This document shows positions 13,712 to 24,507 of a stretch of DNA of 64,000 nucleotides, in pieces (positions within the stretch are counted from its first letter, which is position 1; each line of letters begins with the position of its first letter). Location of the stretch: positions 33,604,001 to 33,668,000 of the forward strand of contig NW_025963780.1 in assembly GCF_023055435.1 (NCBI RefSeq). Direction: 5' to 3'. The DNA comes from Haliotis rufescens (Eukaryota). The position numbers and the translations under genes are program-made. The notes beneath the pieces were generated by a model. It was not told where the DNA came from and ran no database searches. It saw only the letters and a list, made by a program, of their open reading frames with translations.

Positions 13712-16229
13712 CTCATGACGGGGAATTTAGGTCGAACTTTGTCTTTGATTGGATTCACATGGCACATTTCCGGGGTTCTTAATGTTACCTTGCCGAGACA
13801 TGGACACTTGGCTGAGATACGTACGTCGGATCAAATGTCGGAGGCCTGGGACACTTACCCACAGAGGAGGATGTGCACGTCGATTAATCTGTATCACTGG
13901 GAATTAAAATACATCGTGAGTCCTCAGGGTAAAGACGCTTTTGTTTTCCCTTGAGGGAATAAGACTTTGTTCAGTGCACCACTGTACATATCTTCTCTGT
14001 CGTATTTCCATCACCTGGAAAAGTTACAACGTGACAGGATATTACAACTGAAGGGTTAAGTGGAAATCCCAAAACTGCGCGCGTATGTTGTCTGCACCGT
14101 ATCAACCCCTTATAAAACTCCTTATAAAAAGTCGAACTCTATTACTCTGCCTGTCTGACCCGAATGCGCGGAGTCAACAAAGGTGACAAGCGATGAAATA
14201 TTTTTAAAAAAAACATTAAAAAATTTAAATTAATTTACCGCGATTTCCGAAGAGATGATTGACAATTCTCTGTAAAAAATATCCAATCTCTGTCCTTTTT
14301 TGTTTCGATGTCAAATTACATTTCAGACATGTTTTTAAAAGCGGAGAGACGCTGTACAACTGAAATTTGGCATGTCAATTCTTTGGAATCGTTTCCACTT
14401 TGGTTGTATAATCTTCCTCAGTTTACATTGGTAAAATATGATTATGAGACAAAGCGTGTTCCGAATTGGGAAAATTACGTTTTCACTTTCTGGGGAGCGA
14501 TTCAGCATGATGAATAGATTCTAAAATGAGCATTTGATACTTGATGCTTCAATTTGATATTTCATCAATAGAATATCATCGCAGTCTATTCTGTTCATAA
14601 AAAGAGTAATAAAAGAGTTTTCTTGCCACTGACACCGCGTCAGTCCCGGGTTTCAGAACAAAAGAGTCGCCTCTGAGTGGATACAGACGACTGGGAGGAG
14701 GGGGAGTTGGGTTTGGCAGGGGTGTTAATGAGGAGATATAGCAATAAAAGACAGGGATGGATGGATGGGTGGAAGAATGAATGTTAGATTGAAGAACGGA
14801 TGGTTGTGTGAATTAATAAGATGAATGAAGACATGGTGGTGAAAGAAGTCGGTGGATGGACAGATACATTAATAAAAGCAAGAAAGACGGATGGTTTGAT
14901 GGAAGCACGGGTGGAAGGGTGAACTGATTGAAACATGGATGGTGTCAATTGATGGAAGCACGGGTGAAAAAATTACATATGGATGTGCGGAAGAATGATT
15001 GGTTTGGTGGAAGAACAGACAGTGGAGTGAACACGTGGAATTATTAACTAAGGGAGAACTAGGTAGATAAATGGATGGAAGAACCCTTGGATTATAAATG
15101 ATGAGTGGGGGAAAGAATGGATGGGTGGATGTATAAAATAAAAAGATGGATGGATAACAGAATGGATAGGTATATGAATATACGAATGAAGGGATGGAAG
15201 GATAAAATAAAACGATGGATGGGTAAATGAATATACTAATAGATGGGTAAAATGACGACTGGATGGATGGAGAAAAAGAATGGATAGATAAATAAAACAA
15301 TGATAGGAAATGTGGATTTGTGACTTTATAGAAAAGATTTAGACTTCTGGTCCTCCAATCAAGTCAGTTATCATATGATGATGGTTTTGCACACTCTCGA
15401 ACAACAGGTGGTAACAATCTGCTGATATTCAAAGCAACATCTGACCCCAGCAGAATGGTGTACTGTTCAATCCTTACTCCCAAAGAGGTTTGACAAAAAG
15501 GGTTTAAACCTTAAGCCTCACAATGTGTTTTAATTCCCAGTGATGCAAATAAATAGCAGCCTGGTTGGACATAGATTCTTCTCCGCAGGTTCTGGTTCCG
15601 ACCTCCGATATTTGATCCCACGTACGGCAGATTGGCTGTCCGAGGCTCAACGAGCCAGTGTATCTGAGCCAAGCGTGCTTTCCTCGACAAGGTAGCATTA
15701 AATGCCATGTAACTTCAATCAAAGACAAAGTGCGACCTAAATTCCCCGTCATGAGACTAATGACACAGTAGGCTTTACATAAGACGACTCTATCTGTGGG
15801 ATGATTGCGATGCTATTGTTAACGTGGTGCTGTGAGGCGGGCACTCAGATGGAAGGGATCCCACATGTGGGGTCTGCATTAGCAGCATTTAAACTGTGTT
15901 TTGTATTGGTATTTCTGGATTTAAGTCCGGCTCATAGCCCAATGGATGTAATGAAGAATTATCTACCAGAAAGAAGTAAATGCTTTAAATCCGGACACTA
16001 CGGCTCTGGTCTGGCTTTAATCCGGGTCCTTTTACGTCTTCGTTAAGAATCGTAAAAATAACTCTTCGGACAATGTTTGACCATGCATCATATGTTTCTG
16101 AGACAATTTTAAAATTAAGTCATTATTATGTAATTGGCCTTTGAAAATTAGCACACGCCATTAGCCAAAATGCAGATCGAATGTATGATATTGCTCGGAG
16201 TGGCTCCTCTAGTCTTCAAAGTGCTGATG

Positions 16230-16505
16230 GGGGGCACGGGGGACCCAGTCCTCTAAGGCGCTGCGATTCGCTATGCAGAGATGCGTTCACTGGGCACGCC
16301 AGAAACCTATGATTGTGGTTTCGAATCCCGGTTCGTCACGATTATGTTTCTAGGTTTGTCAGCACCACACCCGTGCTCGTGGGTTTCACCGAAGTGGTAA
16401 ACGTCTGAGACCTGCTTCACTTCGGGCTTTCCTCCCACATTAAGCTGGCACGCCTCGATATAACTGAAATACTGTTAAAAGCGGCATTAAACCCAACTCA
16501 CTCTC
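16230..16505 (+). mobile_element. SINE family C (about 280 bp, extended tRNA-like head, GGGCTTTCCTCCCAC V-domain-like core); representative copy
   Basis: Other copies at about 32558-32838, 40858-41085, 42662-42945, 49840-50110, 50600-50875 (+) and 55715-55985 (-). Confidence 0.85.
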
Positions 16506-17323
16506 TCTCTCTCTCGTAGTATTGATAAAAGTACGGTACACCATTGAATTCGCTATAACACCATGAGGCTTCATCTGGGATATATTCTGTCTATAAATTG
16601 GTACAGTTTGTCGTTTAGAATAACGTATACATTACTGAGCTGGCTCTCGCCTCGGATGTATATTTTGATAAATGGATGTTGTTTGTTGTGAAGAATATAG
16701 TGTACATCATTGAACACACTAATACTATACAGGGCTCCTGTCCAGCTGTGTCTTCTGATAAATGGGTAAATTATTTGGCTCAAGGGCTTAATAACGAGGT
16801 TTTTCGTTTATTAGCACATAGGTTTAAATTAAATAATCAATGTTGAGCGGATGTTTCAAAACACGTGGATTGTGACGATATCGCACAGATAATCTAAACT
16901 ACTGATCAAAAGAAAGACTTAATATACATTGATTTGGACCGCTTAAAAAGAAGAAATGTACATACATGTATTCCATATGAAATTAATGTGTTAGTTCAAT
17001 CTTTTATGGTACAACAAACCAAAAAACAATGCCATAGCACTTGGGATGAATTAACAAAAGGCAATGACACTGGGGCCAAATCTGGCACCTTTCTCCAAAC
17101 TCAAATGATGAAAGCCTAATAACAAAGTTTCTAAACGTTTCTATAACACCTCGGTAAGGGCATCAATATCTTGTGTAACTACCTAGGGCGTGGATGACGT
17201 TAGCCTCCAGATGACGTCAATTGGATATGCCCACTCTTCAAAAACCGTACGTTCCTCTCCCCGGGGATCACTGTTGTTGATCTAGTCACTTCTTAATGCA
17301 TTTAACAAGGTTGTTCTTCACAT

Positions 17324-17325
<2 letters not shown>

Positions 17326-17385
<60 letters not shown>
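17326..17385. repeat. (CT)n microsatellite
   Basis: About 30 units. Confidence 0.98.
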
Positions 17386-17388
<3 letters not shown>

Positions 17389-18759
17389 CTGGACTTTAAT
17401 AGTCAGGTGACTACCTTGCCTCGGGAAAATAGATTTACTCGTACTTCCACACACATTCAAAAGACGTTTTTCAATTGAGGTTTTGTGTGCTGTGGGGTTC
17501 CTCGAGAAGCTTCACTCCGCAACAACAAAAATAATGAATGGTGCAGTGTGCACTCAAATTGCATTCTCGGCTCCCTTGGGAGTTGCAACCAACGCAACCG
17601 CTGGCAAGTTTACCACCTCAACCTCCTGGGTATCCATTTACTGTAACCACATGCTGGATCTACCAGTGAAATAACACTCTCTTTAACTATACAACAAATC
17701 ATATTATACGTTGTTTAGGTAAGGCTTTTTCAAACTTGGTTTATTACGAAATTGAAATGTGAAAAAAATGAAAAGCAAGGGGTTTTTTATTGTGCTGACC
17801 AGAAATAAGTAAAATGCTTCAAGAAACCCATTTTACTGTTGCTATGAGTATAAATAAATTATTTAAAATACTGTAATTAAAACCTGTTGAAAATGTATCT
17901 TCAAAACCTTCAAAACACAATGAATTATGTGTTAACATTTCGAGGAAATGAAAAACATTGAAATAGATTTTTGTGAAACAATTTACCTACCGACCTGATT
18001 TTTAAGGCTAAAAATCAGTAAACCAAAAAAATAAAGCCTGGCGCTGATGACTTCAACATGTTTACATACGTAAAACTTCCTTCTTTCACTATTTAACATC
18101 TTGTTTGGTGTTGGGTTCCTATGGTGGCCGAGAGGGGACATCGCTTTCTTGCTTTCCCGCTCTATCGCTCTATCGCTTTCTTGCTTTCCCGCTCTATCGC
18201 TCTATCGCTCTATCGCTTTCTCGCTTTATCGCTTTATCGCTCTATCGCTCTATCGCTTTCTCGTGGTATAGCAATTTTCCCTCTTGGCTACTATATGGGT
18301 CGCATGAGTTATGTGTTTCTATAAAAAGTATATACGTAAAACAACAGTAATGAATTGTTAAACCTGAACTCAGACGGCGGAGACTGAGGTGGGTTTTAAT
18401 CATAAAAGAGAGCTGAGATTTTTCCAGTCACATTTCAAATTTTACATATGGAGGGAATGTTGACATTTTCTCACTATCTGCTTAAACATCATTTAACAGT
18501 ACAGTCTAGGGTGCTTTTATAACAATCCACGGATTTCTGCGAAAAAAGAATTTGATTGATTTATGGCCCTATTTAGGAGTTTTATTGGATCCCCCGCGCC
18601 CAGGCCAAGTTATCAAAACAAACAGCAAATAAACACCGCTCATTAGCGCTGAGTAGAACGTACTTCCTAAAAAAAACAATTATAGTGTTTTCTGTACATG
18701 CTTTTAAAAAGAAGTTAAAGAACACCCGATTCTTTCATATGACTATGGTTAGTCATCAG

Positions 18760-18945
18760 GGGAGCGGTCGGGTAGCCTAGTGGTTAAAGCGTTCGCTCGT
18801 CACGCCGAAGATCCAGGTTCGATTCCCGACATGGGTACAATGTGTGAAGCCCATTTCTGGTGTCCCCCGCCGTGATATTGCTGGAAAATTGCTAAAAGCG
18901 GCCGAAAACCACACTCACTCACTCACTCACTCACTCAATCACTCG
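18760..18945 (+). mobile_element. SINE family A
   Basis: Full-length match to the 13544 copy; TSD GTCATCAGGG. Confidence 0.9.
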
Positions 18946-19505
18946 TCATCAGGGAAAGCGATAGGGCGAGAAAGCGATATTTCCCATAATGCCGTACATT
19001 AAAACGGGTTTTGCTGATATTTAGTGATCCATTCCTGTAATTCTCATCGCTATTTTGCCTCTTATAATTAGATGTTTTTAACATCTTGTAGTAGATAAAT
19101 ATGTTACAACTACAATTCTCGTTTAGCTTGTATATACACACGTGTTTATTTTCCTGTAGTGTAGTAGTTAAGCAAGATTCACAGCCTACAACAGAAGAGA
19201 CACTGTTCATATTTGCATTTTGTTCATAATACCCCTTGGACAATAGAAATGAAATGCGTTGTAAATATTATTTAAAAACAACTCGTTTCTTATAATTACT
19301 TTCGATCAAACTGTCTTCGGGAATTAGATTTAATGCTAAAGTGCTTGTAAAATAAAGTTTAACTTTCCCGCCAGGGGAGACTAGATATCCGATTATAGTA
19401 TAGGCTCAGACAGGAATATACATATTTATGTAGCAATTCTCTATCCATTTAAACTGTATGGTTAACAATTGTGCGTTCTTATGTGAGTTATGTAGGTATG
19501 TACTA

Positions 19506-19660
19506 NNNNNNNNNNNNNNNNNNNNNNNNNNNNNNNNNNNNNNNNNNNNNNNNNNNNNNNNNNNNNNNNNNNNNNNNNNNNNNNNNNNNNNNNNNNNNNN
19601 NNNNNNNNNNNNNNNNNNNNNNNNNNNNNNNNNNNNNNNNNNNNNNNNNNNNNNNNNNNN
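19506..19660. other. Assembly gap (155 N)
   Basis: Run of n characters. Confidence 1.
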
Positions 19661-19715
19661 TACTTAAGATTTACATAAAACCTTACAATGATAGCTGATT
19701 TAACATATGTTATAG

Positions 19716-20158
19716 GGCGATCGGGTAGCCTAGTGGTTAAAGCGTTCGCTCGTACCGCCGAAAACATGGGTACAATGTGTGAAACCCATTTCTGGTGTCC
19801 CCCGCCGTGCTATTGCTGGAATATTGCTAAAAGCGGCGTAAAATCAAACTCACTCACTCACATATGTTATAGATAATCATAGTAATGCATTTCATATTGT
19901 TATCCCTTTAACTATGTGGCCACAAGAATTATTATGTATCTCCATATGTGTAACTTACACAAGTACACATATCAACTGTGGTAACGCCACAGCGATTAGG
20001 CGAGTCGGGTAGCCTAGTGGTTAAAGCGTTCGCTCGTCAAGCCGAAGACCCAGTACGATTCCCCACATGGGTACAATGTATGAAGCCCATTTCTAGTGTT
20101 CCCCGTGATAGTACTGGATTATTGTTAAAAGCGACGTGAAACCATTCTCACACACTCA
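19716..20158 (+). mobile_element. Two SINE family A copies (about 19716-19860 and 19998-20158)
   Basis: A/B-box head and shared tail; the first has TSD ACATATGTTATAG and an internal deletion. Confidence 0.85.
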
Positions 20159-22399
20159 CAGTGGTGTTTATCAAATTATTATATGCAAGTACATATTGTA
20201 GATTTGCACAAGACAAGAGACACAAAGTTAAACATACATCAAATGCCAAAAAGAATATTTACGGACAACAGTATGACACACTGTAACATCATATACTACC
20301 GAAAACAAGTTATAGAACACCAACAATTATAAGATTGTATTTTTGCAAAACAATCAGCCATGACTAATTAACCATAGTCTTCTTAACTTCTTTTGAAAAG
20401 TATATATTTAGATTTTAACCTGATTTATTTAGAGCGTATTGCCATGGTCTGCCACGCGCTTTCGGCGTGATGGTCACATACAACTGAATAGGGCTGTAAA
20501 TCAATCAATTACATTTTACGCAAAACTCTGTGGATTGTTATAAAATCACCTACGTCTGTACAGTTAAATTATGTTTTAAGTAAATAGAGAGGAAAGTTCA
20601 ACATTCCCTCCCAATGCAGCAGATGTCACATGCGGCCCCTATAGTGGTCAAGAGGGGATATATTGCTTAACCGCGAGAAAGCGAAAAAGCGAGAAAGCGA
20701 TAGAGAGAGAAAGCGAGAAAGCGGTAGAGCGATGTCCCCTCTCGGCCACCACAGGGTCCGCCTCACGTGGAATCACAACCAAGTGTCTTTTTCACAGCTA
20801 TGGTGTAAGGGAGATTACTCCTTCATAACAGTGTCACCGCCTTTATGTTTGTTATATAACATTTCCGAATTAAATATCAACCATCATCGAATCTCAATCT
20901 TGTCCAAGACATGTGTCAATCAATATTTGGGTTTTTTTTATCGAATGAAAAAACTGTTGTTTTTGTCATTGAAGGGTTGTACTTGTACTGAAAAGGAAAT
21001 ATCGAAAGAAGCGCTGTAAAATCAAATTAGAAAGCCACTTAATATTTAAGATGTGGATGTGACCAAAGACGTCAACACGTCTTTCGTGTGACTATTTTCA
21101 AAAATAAAGCTTTTGTAGTCTGTAATAATTTCACATATTGGTGGTCAGTATATAAGATGACGATAATGCGATGAATTAAATTCAGCTTGTAGCAACCCAC
21201 GGGGGGTCTGTGCGTGCGTGCGTGCGTGCGTGCGTTGTGGAGTGGGGTGGAGCGGGGGTGTCCTAGCTCATATATGACGCCTCGGGGTGTAAGAGAGATG
21301 GATGTGTCATTCTTTCTACACGTGTATTTTGTTAATCACTTGTCAACAAACGCGTGTTAAAATCAAACTGAATCGAACTGGATAGAAAAGGTTTAGAGTT
21401 ATTTCACTTCCGTTGCTGACAAATGGGGAAAGAGGGTTGTTTGACGTATATTTCAACAGGTTGAAGTCATCTAAGGCCAGACCTCATGTTAGGTTTACGG
21501 ATGTGTGGTCCCAAAATCAGATCAGTAGGTTGAAAATATAAATAAACAATATAAAATTTCAAAAAGTAAAATAACAGGGATTCAATGGCTTTTGAATGAA
21601 GTCTTTGATAGGAATTTAGAAGTTGGAAGAACATGTATACATGAAACTTTTCATGTAAAAAAAAGGTCATGTATTCATTGGGTTTTGAAGGGTTCAATAT
21701 AAATTTTCAATAGGTTTTAATTATAGTATTTTGAATAATTTATTTATATTGATAGCGCCAGTAAATGAGTTTGTGTTCTTTAATACTTTTTTTTTACTTA
21801 CTCGGCGGAATAAAAAAGCCGTTTTTCACTTTTTAAATTTGATTCACTTTCAATTCTTTTGCAAACGGCGGATTTGTAAGGACGTTTTAAAAATATATGG
21901 CGGCAGATTATTTTGGGAGAATTTTTTACAGCCATCCACACCAAAAACCTGTTCGCCATGGGATCGTTGGTGGGATGGTATCGCCAGACAACCCAAGGGC
22001 ACATCTGTAATGTAGGATAGTATCAATACACGAGTGTCCTAAAACAAGATGACACCATGTGGTCCATATATAATCATTCGTCCGTAACGTTTGTTGGCAT
22101 CAATAGAAAATTATTATTCATATTTTTACATTTCATAACTATCGATTTTGTCGCCCTCACCAGAAGTTTCTAATTCTTTTTACGGCACTTCCCTAAACTG
22201 GAAATAGGTTACGCTTCAAAATCACTTTTATATATATATATATTTATTTTTATCCTTCGGCGAATGAATTAATATCCTTTGTAAACAATGGATAAACCAT
22301 TGCTTCTATTCTTGTAGAAGATTGTTTCGTTGTTTGAGACACAGTCTTATATTCACAACGATGTATCATAATGGTTTAGAGACTGGTAAAGTCTAGACA

Positions 22400-22690
22400 G
22401 CCTCCGCTGACGTGACCTTTTTTGGTGACCTGGTAAGGCGCCCGAACCCAACGACCCATTCTTTGAAGCCCTCGTAAAATCTCATCTTTTTCTTATTAAA
22501 ACTTTAAGATTCGAAGAAACATTTGTCAAGGCAAAAATTCAGATGAACAGACTTATCAACTTCACTCATTTCTGTTGATATATTTACGAAAGATGCCACG
22601 CAACCCAGAATAACAACACTGGTGCCCCAAACAGTTTGACATGCGTCATATGACCGGCTAAAGTGTACTGCAAGGTCACATGATCACCGT
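22400..22690 (+). promoter_or_regulatory. Putative WFS1 proximal promoter with UPRE-like TGACGTGA (22408-22415), GCCACG core (about 22595) and TCACATGA E/M-box (about 22676)
   Basis: Motifs read directly from the sequence upstream of candidate exon 1. Function is inferred only from WFS1 being ER-stress inducible in vertebrates. Confidence 0.35.
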
Positions 22691-22699
22691 ACATGTTGA

Positions 22700-22755
22700 G
22701 GAAGTGTAGATGGCGGCGTAAGGTCCCTGCTCGTCTGCCTCAAGTTCGAGCTCAG
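22700..22755 (+). other. WFS1: Candidate non-coding exon 1 of WFS1 (5' end uncertain)
   Basis: CpG-rich patch with a YY1-like AGATGGCGGCG motif, ending in donor CTCAG|GTAAAT at 22755/22756. The next strong acceptor (TTTCTTTCCAG, 24451) leads into the ATG exon. Confidence 0.55.
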
Positions 22756-23423
22756 GTAAATCCACTCTTTATCACCTGTTTGTTTGCTTTCTACAACCGC
22801 TAATCACCATGGTCACACATGCAAATATAGTAAAATCAGTTACTTGCGCTGTGAAGTGGCAGTGTTGCAGACCTTCGCATTTGTTAGAATCTCCATAATC
22901 AGCTCTTCTGCTAACCCAGCAGTGAATGAGATGGGTGTAGCGATGCATATCTTTCATCAAAACAAGTTGCGCTGTACTCTATACCGAGTGTGTATAAATA
23001 GACAGCCCGCAGCATCTCGCTCTTCTGGGCCGTGTTTGTTAGTTACCTTGAGAAATTGGGTGAAAACTACCTGGCCGACCGACCAGGTTATCCTGGTGGA
23101 AAATGTGCGGTATTTTTCACGTCAGGAGTTCTAGCAGTAGCAAGTGTTGCAATGCACCGGCTATAATTGATTCATGCATGTATATCTGGTCAGACCTAGT
23201 CTAGTGTTACCTGCCCCCGTCAATACAGATATAACACTCCAGCACCAAACAGTGGGCACATATACAAGAATGCTGTGAGGCCTTCCCCAGAGGCAAGCAG
23301 TCAGATACTGAGGTAGAATATATTCTTCTTTGATAGCCTTTTTTAGAAGTTGATGACGTACTAAGTAGACTCAATTTATTGACAGTAGACATGTAGACAC
23401 AATTTATTGACAGTAGATATGTA

Positions 23424-23963
23424 ACTTGTTTGATAGGCATTACTTAGAAGTTTGCGGATGACAAGATAGACACAATTTTATGGATAACAACTTCTTTAAT
23501 ACTGTAAAAAGCGACGTTTCGGTATAGATCCTTATACCGTTGTCAAGCAAGACTGAATGAGGGACATAGTGCAGAATATATATAGCAAGTGGAGGATTAA
23601 CAGTAGGGGATTAACAGTAACACCAAGGGCATACATGAGTGGGATAACATAGGTAGGTGTGACAACAAGGATGATGCTATCACAACACGATGGACAGCTT
23701 CTAGCTATGTGGTTTCTGTCCATCGTGTTGTGATAGCATCATCCTTGTTGTCACACCTACCTATGTTATCCCACTCATGTATGCCCTTGGTGTTACTGTT
23801 AATCCCCTACTGTTAATCCTCTACTGTTAATCCTCCACTTGCTATATATATTCTGCACTATGTCCCTCATTCAGTCTTGCTTGACAACGGTATAAGGATC
23901 TATACCGAAACGTCGCTTTTTACAGTATTAAAGAAGTTGTTATCCATAAAATTGTGTCTATCT
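23424..23963. mobile_element. Penelope-like fold-back element with hammerhead motif (WFS1 intron 1)
   Basis: Near-perfect inverted repeat 23464-23697/23716-23963 with 18-nt spacer; 12-bp TSD AGTAGATATGTA; unpaired tail at left; TTGACAA-c-GGTATA-aggatc-TATACC-GAAA-CGTC at 23881-23914. Confidence 0.8.
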
Positions 23964-24451
23964 AGTAGATATGTAGACACAATTTATTGACAGTAGACAT
24001 GTAGACTCAATTTATTGACAGTAGACATGTAGACTCAATTTATTGACAGTAGGCATGTCGACACAATTTATGGATAGCATCTTGAATAGTAACTTAAGAC
24101 TTTTTACCTTATTTTACCTGCATTTTGAACATAACATGCCTCTCCACTCCTCTGTAACCACACCCCCATCCATTCAGCTGTGTAAACCCATCCATTCTCT
24201 GTACTTCACTTGCTGACCTGTGAAGATACGGGGTAGAATAGGTCTTCAGCAACCCATGCTTGCCGTAAAAGGCGACTAACAGGATCGGTGGTCAGGCTCG
24301 CTGACTTGCATATCATCGATCCCAATTGCGTGGATTGATGTTCATGATGTAAATCACTGGATTGTTTGGTCCAGATTCGATTATTTACAGACCGCCGTCA
24401 TATAGACATGATAGATGATACTAAGTTTAATTATTTTATTTTTCTTTCCAG

Positions 24452-24507
24452 GTGAAAAACCAAGAGAGAGGCTATAACCCAGTAGGACAAGGAACATACA
24501 AAGATGG
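24452..24507 (+). CDS. WFS1: WFS1 exon 2: 5' UTR plus start codon (ATG G at 24504-24507)
   Basis: Polypyrimidine acceptor at 24451; AAAGATGG Kozak-like context; in-frame upstream TAG at 24483; donor G|GTATGT. ATG-G joins the AC of the next exon to give M-D-P-K-P-W. Confidence 0.7.

Larger units (their letters stand above)
1905..15500. repeat. Diverged tandem segmental duplication (units about 1905-9035 and 9040-15500; partial older copy about 330-1745) with internal inverted blocks
   Basis: Collinear matches: 1905-2420/9040-9545, 3280-4140/9575-10148, 5390-6400/10150-11060, 7030-7520/13058-13800, 7660-9030/13990-15500. Inverted copies: 7830-8321 and 14165-14690 versus 1905-2410; 15520-16210 versus 13140-13920. 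Confidence 0.85.
18119..20754. mobile_element. Unclassified TIR/fold-back element(s) with internal (TCTATCGC)n repeats, spanning the gap
   Basis: CTATGGTGGCCGAGAGGGGACATCGCT at 18119 and its near reverse complement ending about 20753; diverged inverted block 18445-18575/20487-20615. Confidence 0.55.

Noticed and set aside
15801-16046. Secreted-peptide-like ORF MIAMLLLTWCCEAG (also 13162-13485 minus)
   Set aside because: The third copy (about 7375 minus) is frameshifted, differences are mostly non-synonymous, and the neighbouring coding signal is on the opposite strand.
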